Program-made: the position numbers and the translations under genes | Assembly: GCA_046570105.1 (NCBI GenBank) | Contig: JBKHVI010000022.1 | Span: 1 to 30,935, forward strand | Length of the DNA: 30,935 nt | Direction: 5' to 3' | Source: Bacteriovoracia bacterium | GTDB lineage: Bacteria; Bdellovibrionota; Bacteriovoracia; Bacteriovoracales; Bacteriovoracaceae | Notes under the pieces: generated by a model | The model's input: only the letters and a program-made list of their open reading frames with translations | Database searches by the model: none | What the model was told of the DNA's origin: nothing | Part shown: piece after piece, positions 19,787 to 28,863 of the stretch | Layout of the letters: each line of letters begins with the position of its first letter | Position numbering within the stretch: position 1 is the first letter of the stretch

Positions 19787-21523
19787 TTATAGCTCTTCCG
19801 CAAAAACCTTCTCAGTTATCCGCCAATACTTCTCTTGTTTGCGAGCAATGATGAAAGAGGGAAGTCTCAGCGCTTTTTTGTATTTGATGACGTCTTTGGG
19901 AGCAGTGATTTCAATCTGTAGTTCGGGACGCTTTAAGTGAGAGCGCAAGAAATTGATATTAAATTTTTTGAGCGATGGTGAATTATTAAAAAAATGCGCC
20001 TCGCTAATATATTGCGCGTCCGCATCGTAGTAGCGCACTTCTAAGTAGGCGTTGCCATTTTTATCCTGTCGCTCATCGAAGGTGATGTCGACGGGACTTA
20101 AGACGTGGGCGTTTTTGGAGAGTTTCGCTTGCTTGAGTTTGGCATCAGCATCAATCAGAGTCGCTTGGCATTTCTCACAGGATTTAGCGGTAATATCATT
20201 CTCACAGCCGCAGGCATGACAGAGCTTAAGTCGGAAGCGAAAGCCACAGGGTGTGATTTTAAGTGTCTGAGGATCATGCTTGGCGCCTTTGCACTTGCGG
20301 CCATAGTGCTCAATGATCTCACCTTCAAAGTCCACCAGTCCCCAGAAGCTGTTATCAAAACCACATTGCGGACAATAGATGGTCACCGGTACAGAATCTT
20401 TCGCCGGCTTTTTATCACTGATCTCGGGAGTAAAAAGATTATGTCCCATGCCGGTGTAGTCGAGAATATAGCAGTCGAGCTTTCCCGGATCTAGACGAAG
20501 GCCACGGCCTACGATCTGTTGATAAAGACCATTTGATTCAGTCGGGCGTAAAATGGCGATGACATCCACATGAGGAGCATCAAAACCAGTGGTGAGTACG
20601 GAAACATTAACGAGGTATTTAAACTGGCGAGCTTTAAAATCCTCGATGATTTGGTTGCGATCTTTCATGTCAGTATCGCCCACCACGAGTTTCGCTTGGC
20701 CTTGAGGCAAATAACTTAAAATTTCTTCCGCATGCTTAATGGTGCTGGCAAAAATCATCACGCCTTGGCGCTTAAAGCGCTCAGTGATGTCGACAATATT
20801 GTTCACGATCAAAGGTGTCAGGCGTTTCTGGCTTTTTAAGAGCTCTTCGACTTCCGCCAGCGTGTACATGCGATTTTTCTCAGTCAGTTCAGAAAAATCA
20901 TAGCAGGTGACGGGAAGATCAACTTTCACTGGCTGAGTTAAGAAATGATTTTTAATCATGTAGCTTAAGGGCAGTTCAAATACACACTGCTTGAAAAAGC
21001 GCGGTTGCTCGGTTTTGATCTCGCCGTTGTGCGAGTATTCATAAATCCAACCAAGGCCCAGGCGATAGGGTGTAGCAGTCAATCCTAAAATGCACAGTTG
21101 GGGATTGAGGTTTTTTAGTTTTTGAATCACTTCTTGATACTGAGTGGCGCCTTCTTCGGCGACGCGGTGGCATTCATCGATAATTAAAAGCGAGAAGTCT
21201 TGAAAGAACTCATCGGGCGCGCGAGCGACGGATTGAATGCTACCAAATATCGCCTTTTGCTCGTGGTCCTTTTTACCAAGGCTTGCGGAAAAAATGCCAG
21301 CTTCTAGGCCCCAGCTTTGGTATTTGTGAAAATTCTGTTCAACCAATTCTTTGACGTGCGCCAAGATCAGCACGCGGCCTTTAGCAATTTTCGCGAGCTC
21401 TGCGATAACTAAGCTTTTTCCCGCACCCGTGGGGAGCACGATCATGGCGGGGTCGCGCTTTTTCTGAAAGTATTTAATGGTGTTTTCAACTGCTTCGAGT
21501 TGATAAGGGCGCAGCGTATACAT
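19787..21523 (-). CDS. radD: Superfamily 2 DNA repair helicase RadD/YejH
   Basis: LRPYQ Q-motif, [31 protein letters not shown] and C-terminal zinc fingers (CPQC, CHAC, CEKC). Confidence 0.9.
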   Translation of the reverse strand: MYTLRPYQLEAVENTIKYFQKKRDPAMIVLPTGAGKSLVIAELAKIAKGRVLILAHVKELVEQNFHKYQSWGLEAGIFSASLGKKDHEQKAIFGSIQSVARAPDEFFQDFSLLIIDECHRVAEEGATQYQEVIQKLKNLNPQLCILGLTATPYRLGLGWIYEYSHNGEIKTEQPRFFKQCVFELPLSYMIKNHFLTQPVKVDLPVTCYDFSELTEKNRMYTLAEVEELLKSQKRLTPLIVNNIVDITERFKRQGVMIFASTIKHAEEILSYLPQGQAKLVVGDTDMKDRNQIIEDFKARQFKYLVNVSVLTTGFDAPHVDVIAILRPTESNGLYQQIVGRGLRLDPGKLDCYILDYTGMGHNLFTPEISDKKPAKDSVPVTIYCPQCGFDNSFWGLVDFEGEIIEHYGRKCKGAKHDPQTLKITPCGFRFRLKLCHACGCENDITAKSCEKCQATLIDADAKLKQAKLSKNAHVLSPVDITFDERQDKNGNAYLEVRYYDADAQYISEAHFFNNSPSLKKFNINFLRSHLKRPELQIEITAPKDVIKYKKALRLPSFIIARKQEKYWRITEKVFAEEL

Positions 21524-21547
21524 GTAGGGAAAACTTTACGACAAAAC

Positions 21548-21778
21548 TTAAGCGGCGTCTTGTTTTTCGTTCACTAGACCACGGCGAATATCACGCACCA
21601 CCACGCCATATTTCTGGATGGCCATTTTAAGTTCAGCACGCGAAAGCATGAGGGATTTTTCCCAAAGCGCCAGACTCTCTTCATTGTCGGGATCAATCTT
21701 TGCAGGCGCGGGCTCACGATAATAGCTCCCAGGCGTCGCCCCATCCCCTTGGCCGGTATAGACTTTGAAGCTGCTCAT
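21548..21778 (-). CDS. Small DUF3606-like protein
   Basis: KIDPDNEESLALWEKSLMLSRAELKMAIQKYG resembles the DUF3606 pattern. Co-oriented with radD, 24 bp upstream of it. Confidence 0.55.
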   Translation of the reverse strand: MSSFKVYTGQGDGATPGSYYREPAPAKIDPDNEESLALWEKSLMLSRAELKMAIQKYGVVVRDIRRGLVNEKQDAA

Positions 21779-21963
21779 GGTGGTATTATAACATGCACCT
21801 CAAAAACTCGAGATTTTAGCTATTTAGTATGATGGGCTAAATGGTGAACTGTTTATTTTTTTTGTGAATCACTCATAAACATTCAAAATCATGGGGCAGA
21901 ACAATCAATTCCTTGGGCCTATGATTTTCCTTAAATTTTTGTTGATACAACCCTTATTTCACG

Positions 21964-21989
21964 ACTTGTTGGCAAATTTGCCAACAAGT
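21964..21989. promoter_or_regulatory. 26-bp perfect palindrome, probable operator
   Basis: ACTTGTTGGCAAATTTGCCAACAAGT, directly upstream of RBS GAGGAGGAG and GTG 22009. Confidence 0.75.
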
Positions 21990-22008
21990 GGTAATTTGAG
22001 GAGGAGTA

Positions 22009-22344
22009 GTGATCATTCGACCGGTCGGACTCATTATTTTGGATTTGCAGATTTATTTTAACCAAAGAAATTTTGATAAAATCGAAATTGACCTCGGACA
22101 TATAAACAAACTTCAAAGATCTAAATTTGAAGCAAGATTTATAAAAAATGTTATAGAAGAAAATTTAGATGGGATTTCTTTACGAAAAGTTGATTTAAAG
22201 AGTTTTGGTGACGAATATTGTGAGTATTTTATTACGGTCGTAAAGCTTCTGGATAAAAATTTTAAGTTGGTGTTCTGTGTTTGCTCTGATCGGCCACAAA
22301 CGATTGGGGTTATAACATTTTACCGGCTAAAGGAATTAAAATGA
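22009..22344 (+). CDS. Hypothetical protein, putative toxin of a type II TA-like pair
   Basis: 111 aa with strong RBS and ATGA overlap with the HTH gene. C-terminal KNFKLVF..IGVITFYR beta strands are reminiscent of RelE/BrnT-like folds. Confidence 0.55.
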   Translation: MIIRPVGLIILDLQIYFNQRNFDKIEIDLGHINKLQRSKFEARFIKNVIEENLDGISLRKVDLKSFGDEYCEYFITVVKLLDKNFKLVFCVCSDRPQTIGVITFYRLKELK

Positions 22345-22619
22345 AACCTTACAGAGTGAATATTGAGCATCTAGGAATTTCTGAAGAAATCACAGATGAG
22401 CGAGAACTCTTAAAGCTTAAACTGATAGGTCATTTCCTAAAAGTGACTGCCAAGCTTAATAATGAGGAGATTTTGATGAAAACCGGTCTTGATAAGGCGG
22501 ACCTTTCTAGGCTCAAGGCGAGCTTAATTGACCGTTTTACCATCGACCGCCTGATTGGAATCCTATCTTCCTTGGGTTATGTGACTTCGGTTAGCTTAAA
22601 GGCCAAAAAGGTGGGCTAA
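22341..22619 (+). CDS. XRE-like HTH protein (HTH_37 type), putative antitoxin
   Basis: GLDKADLSRLK..IDRFTIDRLIGILSSLG. Confidence 0.75.
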   Translation: MKPYRVNIEHLGISEEITDERELLKLKLIGHFLKVTAKLNNEEILMKTGLDKADLSRLKASLIDRFTIDRLIGILSSLGYVTSVSLKAKKVG

Positions 22620-22652
22620 TATTAGTCATTCTTGGTCGGCCCATGCTAGTAA

Positions 22653-23549
22653 GTGACTATGAAAAGAGAAAACGATCCAAGTGGCCCATCGAGGGCCCTT
22701 TTTAATTGGTTCCCGGGCCACATGGCGAAAGCTTTGCGTGAGATAAAGCAGAAGCTCGCTATGGTGGATGTCATTCTTGAAATTCGTGATGCTCGTGTGC
22801 CACTTGTTTCGGGCAACGGGGCTATGCAAGAAGTGTTGGGTGGAAAGCCGCGTGTGATTGTGCTCAACAAGGCCAATCTCGCTGATAAAAAGCAGATGGA
22901 TGAGTGGGAGAAGTGGTTTGAAAAAGAAGGCGAACCCTTCGTATTTGTAAATTGCTTTGATAAGCATGCCATGAAAAAAGTCGTGCAACTGGCACGCAAG
23001 ATTGTGGAAGAGAATCGCAAAATTTCTAATCCCGATTATGTCGAAACGAAAACTAAAATTCGCCTGATGATTGTGGGTCTACCTAATACCGGTAAATCGA
23101 CGATTATTAATCAGCTCGCCAATAAGTCTGCTGTGAAAGTCGCTGATAAGCCTGGCGAGACACAACGTCAGCAGTGGATTATTGCGGGCGATGGAGTTGA
23201 ACTCCTCGATACTCCCGGAGTCATGCCGCCGATGATTGGGATTCCCGAGCATGGGCTGTGGCTTAGTGCCATTCACGCTATTCCTGATGATATTGCCGAT
23301 GAACAAACCACCACGCATTTCTTGCTCAAGCATTTGCTCTCGATCGCTCCAAAAGAATTTATGGAGCGCTATAAAATAGAGTCAGCTGATATGAGTGTGG
23401 ATGATGTGTTGTTAAGGATTGCCACGGTTCGTGGCTGTATCAAGCAAAAAGGCCTGCCCGATTTAGATCGTGTTTATAAATTGGTGCTCGCTGAATTTCG
23501 CAAAGGTGAATTGGGACGAGTTTGTTTTGGACAAGCACCCAAGCATTAA
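22653..23549 (+). CDS. rbgA: Ribosome biogenesis GTPase RbgA/YlqF
   Basis: WFPGHMAKA, DARVP, NKANL, GLPNTGKST and DTPG in circularly permuted order. The start may be ATG 22659. Confidence 0.93.
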   Translation: MTMKRENDPSGPSRALFNWFPGHMAKALREIKQKLAMVDVILEIRDARVPLVSGNGAMQEVLGGKPRVIVLNKANLADKKQMDEWEKWFEKEGEPFVFVNCFDKHAMKKVVQLARKIVEENRKISNPDYVETKTKIRLMIVGLPNTGKSTIINQLANKSAVKVADKPGETQRQQWIIAGDGVELLDTPGVMPPMIGIPEHGLWLSAIHAIPDDIADEQTTTHFLLKHLLSIAPKEFMERYKIESADMSVDDVLLRIATVRGCIKQKGLPDLDRVYKLVLAEFRKGELGRVCFGQAPKH

Positions 23550-24361
23550 TCGACTTCAGTCACATGGGGGAGATCATCATCCAGCCAATAGATATGGTCT
23601 GGAGTCACCACCAGGATTTCTTCAAACTTAACTCCAAACTCTGCATTCCCAAGGTGGGGTTCTATCGCCCACAGACCAGTCGTCAGGGGACGAGCTTCAT
23701 CGGCGGTCATGATCGCTGGCCCCATCAAGCGCTCTTTTAAAAGATAAGCGTAGGCCTGGGGATGAAATCCCATGATGCTGAGTTTGGGAAGATTCTTAAG
23801 TGGTAGCTCGCCGATGCGATGGCCTAAAACACCCAGCGGGTAGAGAGCATGGCAGTTGTGATAATTTTTTTGTAATAATAATTCTTCCACTCGACGATAG
23901 ATCTCTTTGATCGCCACTCGCTCTTTTGCTGCTGCAAGTATCAGTGAGCGAAATTCTTTGAGATCTCGGCGCGCTTGATTAACTTGTGGATTTTCACCAA
24001 AGCTAAAACTATAGCCAATATCAACTGCCACTCCATCAATGGCAGGAGCGACATCAAGAATCACGGCCATGCCCTCTTCGAGCTTTTTTTGGGTGGGCAT
24101 AAACTCCAGGCCTGCGTGAGGCAGGGGAGATTTTAAGCTAGGGAGACTGGGGCGCTTGAAACCTTTAAAGGCAGTGCGCTCACCAAACCAAGCAAAAGGG
24201 CGATGAAAAAAAAGGGGTTGCTCACGATCGATGAAAAATTTCTCGATTATTTGTGCGGCCTCGATTTCACTCATGCCAGCAAAGAGTCTTGCGCGAGCAA
24301 ATTGCAGTGATTCGTAAGCGAGCCGTTGATTGGCCTTAAAAGTGGCTAGCGCAGTCGCCAT
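23546..24361 (-). CDS. M24 (pita-bread fold) metallopeptidase-like protein
   Basis: Metal ligands in ILDVAP, VDIGYS, LGHRIG, AIEPH and VKFEEIL. No N-terminal creatinase domain. Confidence 0.85.
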   Translation of the reverse strand: MATALATFKANQRLAYESLQFARARLFAGMSEIEAAQIIEKFFIDREQPLFFHRPFAWFGERTAFKGFKRPSLPSLKSPLPHAGLEFMPTQKKLEEGMAVILDVAPAIDGVAVDIGYSFSFGENPQVNQARRDLKEFRSLILAAAKERVAIKEIYRRVEELLLQKNYHNCHALYPLGVLGHRIGELPLKNLPKLSIMGFHPQAYAYLLKERLMGPAIMTADEARPLTTGLWAIEPHLGNAEFGVKFEEILVVTPDHIYWLDDDLPHVTEVD

Positions 24362-25173
24362 TAGGCCACACCGGGTTCACGTTCTGGAAAAAGGCGCAGA
24401 ATAAGCGCCTCAAGATGAGCTTGTTCGCCGGGATGAAAGCGTGGTTTGAGATAGCGGGCAAAAATCCCCATCGCTTTAGGCAGCAGACGGTTTTCTAAAA
24501 TAAAAACATCCAATGCTTCTTTGACGGTTTTGCTCTTGAGTAACAAACGATCCTGCCACAGAAGATTCGCGGTCACATAGCCCGTCAGGCCCGACAAAAT
24601 CACATAGGCCGATAAAAGTCCCGCCACTCGTCGCAGATAGTTTTTATCAATATTTTGTAATACATCAAACGCCACCGAGCGATGTTCAATTTCTTCCAGC
24701 GCATGCCATTCAAATAGCGCCTTCATTTGCGGATGGGCCTTCTCAAAAAAGTTTTCCTCTAGGCCGATCTCGGCCAAGAGAGAAGTGAGATGCTCAAAGC
24801 CGGCGGTGAGGGCCAAGCGAAACTCATCACTGGTTTTATTTTCAACAAACTTAGTAATAACTTCTTCTACTAAGCGCAGAGTATTGTCGATGTCATAGCC
24901 CTGCTCTCTTAAATTAGTAAGAAACTTATCGTGCTCCAGCGCGTGTTGCGCTTCCTGGCGGATAAAGAGTTTAGCGTCTTGGAGCAGTTGAGCATCTTTA
25001 ATTTCTGGAACAAATTTTTGCAGCGAGCGAATAAAGAACTTCTCACCCGTCGGGAAAAGCAGAGTGAAACTGTTGCATAAGTGAGTGCGAAACGGAGCGC
25101 CCTGAATCCAGTGCTTGGGCACATCGGCATCAAACTGGAACTGTGGCTTACGGGCGGTGATTTTAGCTCGCAT
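24361..25173 (-). CDS. Predicted metal-dependent hydrolase family (PF10118-like) protein with dimetal ExxH motifs
   Basis: FPTGEKFFIRS, FIRQEAQHALEH, TAGFEHLT and WHALEEIEHRSVAFDV. TAATG coupling to the M24 gene. Confidence 0.85.
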   Translation of the reverse strand: MRAKITARKPQFQFDADVPKHWIQGAPFRTHLCNSFTLLFPTGEKFFIRSLQKFVPEIKDAQLLQDAKLFIRQEAQHALEHDKFLTNLREQGYDIDNTLRLVEEVITKFVENKTSDEFRLALTAGFEHLTSLLAEIGLEENFFEKAHPQMKALFEWHALEEIEHRSVAFDVLQNIDKNYLRRVAGLLSAYVILSGLTGYVTANLLWQDRLLLKSKTVKEALDVFILENRLLPKAMGIFARYLKPRFHPGEQAHLEALILRLFPEREPGVA

Positions 25174-25239
25174 ACTCTATTGTAGTCCCATTCACAGTGA
25201 CTTTGCCAAGTCATCAATCTCTCATGGTATTATCCCTTT

Positions 25240-25998
25240 ATGACAACCAAGATTGTGGGCATAACGGGTGTAAAAGGTGGCATTGGGCAGGCACTCGCTC
25301 TGGAATTCACCCGTGCCAATTACCAGGTGGTGGGACTTGATTTGAGTCCTGAACCGCTCCCGGGCACGGAGTATTTTCAACTCGATGTGACTGACGAAGC
25401 TGCGTCGATAATGACCTATCAACAAATCCACGAACGTTTTCCGGATATCTCTATCTGGGTGAATAATGCGGGCATCGCTCACTTGGGTCCATTTCTCGAT
25501 GTACCTGCTGAGAAATTTTCTGCTGTCATGGCGGTCAATTTTAATGCCGTGGTCACGGCGACGCGCTTTTGGCTGAAAGTCTTTGAACAATCAGGTGGCA
25601 CGGTGGTGAATATGGCCTCAGCGGCAGGGCTTATTCCCAACGGCGATATGAGCTCTTATGTCGCCAGTAAGCATGCGGTAGTGGGATTCACTCGCGCCGT
25701 GCAAATGGAATTAGATTTTAAGCGCTCCCTTGCTTCTACAACATTGGTCACACCGGGTTTTGTACAAACTGATATCATGCAAGTGGGTTCTGAATACGGA
25801 TTACCAAAAGAATTGCAGCGCTTTGCTACCACGCCTGCTGAGTGCGCTAAAGAGATTGTTCGTGGAGTGTTGAAAGGGGAGCGTGAGATTGTTCCCACTA
25901 TGAGTGGAAAACTGATGACAGGACTCTATCGATTTTTACCCTTTGGGCAAGCACTCGCGGGCCAAGTCTATCGGCAGTCTCGCCAGATGAAGAAATAA
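25240..25998 (+). CDS. Short-chain dehydrogenase/reductase
   Basis: TGVKGGIG, NNAG, YVASK and PGFVQT. Confidence 0.92.
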   Translation: MTTKIVGITGVKGGIGQALALEFTRANYQVVGLDLSPEPLPGTEYFQLDVTDEAASIMTYQQIHERFPDISIWVNNAGIAHLGPFLDVPAEKFSAVMAVNFNAVVTATRFWLKVFEQSGGTVVNMASAAGLIPNGDMSSYVASKHAVVGFTRAVQMELDFKRSLASTTLVTPGFVQTDIMQVGSEYGLPKELQRFATTPAECAKEIVRGVLKGEREIVPTMSGKLMTGLYRFLPFGQALAGQVYRQSRQMKK

Positions 25999-25999
25999 A

Positions 26000-26413
26000 T
26001 CACTGCACCTGCTTCATCATATCCGCCAGTGTCTTTTTTTGCAGATACTGAAGAGTCGCGTGATTAATACCATCAACCACTTCGTTCAAAACATCTTCGA
26101 TACAACAACTCACCGGACAGGCCTTAATCACTGGTTTACTGTGACAAGACATCAGTGATTTTTGTTCGGTAGCAGCAGCATAGATCTGTTTAAGGCAGAT
26201 TGAATTAGGTTTTTGTGCCAGTTTTATGCCACCGGTTTTTCCGCGAAAACTGGTGACTAAATCCGCTTCCACTAAACGGGCCGTCAGTTTGCGAATAAAG
26301 GTGGGATTGGATTTGAGAATTTTGGCCAATTGCGCAGAATTCATCAGCTCCTCGCCGTGGTGGGCCAGGGTCATCATAATTTGTAGAGAGAGTGAAAAGC
26401 GAGTGTCTACCAT
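26000..26413 (-). CDS. Rrf2-family transcriptional regulator (YwnA/HypR-like)
   Basis: Start moved to ATG 26413 (MVDTRFSLSLQIM). Motifs SNPTFIRKL, VTSFRGKTGGIKLA and H....ACPVS. Confidence 0.88.
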   Translation of the reverse strand: MVDTRFSLSLQIMMTLAHHGEELMNSAQLAKILKSNPTFIRKLTARLVEADLVTSFRGKTGGIKLAQKPNSICLKQIYAAATEQKSLMSCHSKPVIKACPVSCCIEDVLNEVVDGINHATLQYLQKKTLADMMKQVQ

Positions 26414-26488
26414 ATTGAAATAGTAGCAGATTGGATGGTTTTTAGCAAATTGAGCAAATAATTGTTGCATTTGAAATCAAATCGCCTT

Positions 26489-26511
26489 AATGTATCAATG
26501 TCTGTTGCATT
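26489..26511. promoter_or_regulatory. Imperfect inverted repeat, candidate Rrf2 operator
   Basis: AATGTATCA-N5-TGTTGCATT between the divergent genes. TGTTGCATTT recurs 40 bp earlier (26463-26472). Confidence 0.45.
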
Positions 26512-26608
26512 TATGGAGATGTGCCTGAGTGTTTAAAGGGACAGTGTGCAAAGCTGTATCTCGGTGGTTAAAATCCATCCATCTCCTCCAACCTTTTTCG
26601 GAGTCTCT

Positions 26609-27658
26609 ATGTCAAAGTTATTATCCCCAATTAAAATCGGCGCTTGGAATTTACCTAATCGCCTTATCATGGCCCCGTTGACTCGCTCACGAGCTGGTGT
26701 CGAGCGCACACCGAATGATTTAATGGCGACCTATTATTCTCAAAGGGCCAGTGCAGGATTGATTCTGACAGAAGCAACCTCTGTTTCACCGATGGGTGTG
26801 GGTTATGCCGACACTCCGGGTATTTGGTCTGAAGAACAGGTCAATGGTTGGAAAAAAATCACCCAGGCCGTGCACGACAAAGGTGGCCTCATTATTATGC
26901 AACTCTGGCATGTGGGAAGAATTTCAGATCCAGTTTTTCTTAATGGTGCTCTCCCGGTCGCTCCCAGTGCCATTCCGCCTAAAGGAAATGTGAGTTTGTT
27001 GCGTCCGCAAAAACCTTATGAAGTGCCGCGTGCGCTAGAGACTCATGAAGTGAAAGAGATCGTCGCGCAGTATCGTCGAGGTGCAGAAAATGCCAAGCGC
27101 GCCGGTTTTGATGGCGTGGAAATTCACGGTGCCAATGGTTATTTGATTGATCAGTTTTTACAAGACGGTACCAACAAACGAAACGACATTTATGGCGGAA
27201 GCGTTGAAAACCGTGCACGGCTATTTTTAGAAGTCATTGATCAAGCGATTGAAGTTTGGGGCGCTGATCGAGTCGGCGCTCACATCGCTCCACGGGGTGA
27301 TTCACACGATATTTCGGATTCAAATCCCAAAGAGACATTTGGTTACCTCGCTCGTGAGCTAGGAAAGAGAAAAATCGCCTTCTTATTTGCTCGTGAACAC
27401 GAAGCAAGTGACAGCCTTGGCCCTTACCTGAAGGAGCAATTCGGTGGGGCCTATATTGCTAATGAAAAATTCACCCAGGAGAGTGCGGAGAAAGCTTTGG
27501 AACTTGGATGGGCCGATGCCATTTCATTTGGTGTGCCATTTATTGCCAATCCCGATCTCCCTCGACGTTTTGCTCAAAAAGCTCCGCTCAATCCGCCAGA
27601 TTTTGCCACCTTCTATACCAGTGGAGAGCAGGGCTACATCGACTATCCGGCGCTTTAG
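26609..27658 (+). CDS. nemA: Old yellow enzyme family alkene reductase (NemA/XenB-like)
   Basis: Start moved to ATG 26609 behind GGAG. Motifs MAPLTRSR, YYSQRASAGLI, QLWHVGR, EIHGANGYL, FIANPDL and GYIDYP. Confidence 0.9.
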   Translation: MSKLLSPIKIGAWNLPNRLIMAPLTRSRAGVERTPNDLMATYYSQRASAGLILTEATSVSPMGVGYADTPGIWSEEQVNGWKKITQAVHDKGGLIIMQLWHVGRISDPVFLNGALPVAPSAIPPKGNVSLLRPQKPYEVPRALETHEVKEIVAQYRRGAENAKRAGFDGVEIHGANGYLIDQFLQDGTNKRNDIYGGSVENRARLFLEVIDQAIEVWGADRVGAHIAPRGDSHDISDSNPKETFGYLARELGKRKIAFLFAREHEASDSLGPYLKEQFGGAYIANEKFTQESAEKALELGWADAISFGVPFIANPDLPRRFAQKAPLNPPDFATFYTSGEQGYIDYPAL

Positions 27659-27688
27659 TTCCGAGTAGGCGAGTCTGGTAATATGTTT

Positions 27689-27743
27689 ACCCTATAAATT
27701 AATAAGTCTTTTCTTATAATAGAGACTTATTAATTTAAAGGGT
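27689..27743. other. AT-rich inverted repeat (21-bp arms, one mismatch) overlapping the next gene's RBS
   Basis: TAAATTAATAAGTCT (27695-27709) pairs with AGACTTATTAATTTA (27723-27737), extended by ACCCT/AGGGT. Confidence 0.55.
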
Positions 27744-27748
27744 TATTA

Positions 27749-28863
27749 ATGTATCGCTTAATTCTCGTTAGTTTCTTTATCGTAAGCTCTGCCTTCGCAC
27801 AAATGACTCTGCCTTTGCACAAATGACTCTGCCTTCGGTTTTCCCTGATATGAAAAGTGTCAATCCCGCGGTGATCTCACTCAGAAAGCAAGGCCAGATC
27901 AGACTTTCGGGACAACATGATCAGATCAATAAACGCCAAGAAGTTTTAGAAGATGACGGCTCACGTGCATTCCTTGAAAAAAACGATATTGAACTTACCA
28001 ATACCAACTTTTTTATGGCGGGCAAGGGAGATGGGTTCACTAGTGAGCTGTATGTGGATTTCACCAAAGGTGAGCGCACGACTTACCTTGATCAAGGTGG
28101 CCAAGAGACAGACTATGTAACGGATACATCGTCTTATTATGTCGGCTACGCTTTTGCCACAAAGTCACGTTATGGACTTGAGATGCACTATGTAGGCTAC
28201 CAAGCGGAGTACGATTATAACTTCAGCTTTGGTTCAGAAGACTTTCAACAATCAATTGATACAACTATTTCGGTCTATGGTTTTAGACCAGGTGTGATTT
28301 TTGGTTCACCGAAGTTTTCGCTGGCACTCTTTGCCGAACATAATTTCTTTACTGCCAAGTCGAAAATGGATCCACCTCCTCAAGAAGGGGAGGATGGGAG
28401 TCCAGATCCTAAGTTTAGTGTGGTCGGTATTGCCATCGGAGGAGGAAGCCCCAATGGACTATTTGAAATTGGATTGGAAGTGGATCCAATTTCTAAACGC
28501 GAGAAGGATGAGTACACAGGCGTAACTCCAGTGATGCCGATGAAGTTTTCTCTCTTAGCCGAAAAGCGCTTCTCTTCATTTATTATTGGCTACAAGTTTA
28601 TGGGCTATAAAGGAAACTATCTTGAGTTGGATAAAATTATTCAAAACCAACTCGTTTATTCCAGCCAGGGTTCTGATCTTCGTATGGAACACGTGATTAA
28701 CTTTGCCTTTGGTGGCTCACGTGGATTCTCTTTTGGTGGCAGTGCCAGTTATTCTGATACAGAAATTGATGAAAAATCATCGCTTGATCCAAGTGGCGAG
28801 GATCTTTATCCGACGAAAGTTCGCTCTATGTCGATTGGGCTACGTCTGGGTTATGTTTACTGA
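27749..28863 (+). pseudogene. Outer-membrane beta-barrel-like protein whose signal peptide is frameshifted off by a 20-bp duplication (body ORF 27823-28863 intact)
   Basis: ATG 27749 encodes the signal MYRLILVSFFIVSSAFA but stops at 27826. Removing one 20-bp unit fuses it in frame to MTLPSVFPD...LRLGYVY. Confidence 0.75.
27787..27837 (+). repeat. Tandem repeat, 2.5 copies of 20 bp
   Basis: CTCTGCCTTCGCACAAATGA CTCTGCCTTTGCACAAATGA CTCTGCCTTCG. Confidence 0.95.

Noticed and set aside
19787..21523. Helicase as a restriction or anti-phage defence component
   Set aside because: Length, motifs and C-terminal zinc fingers fit housekeeping RadD/YejH, and no methylase or nuclease partner is adjacent.
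27787..27837. Tandem repeats as a possible CRISPR array
   Set aside because: The units are contiguous 20-mers with no spacers, and there are no cas genes in the window.
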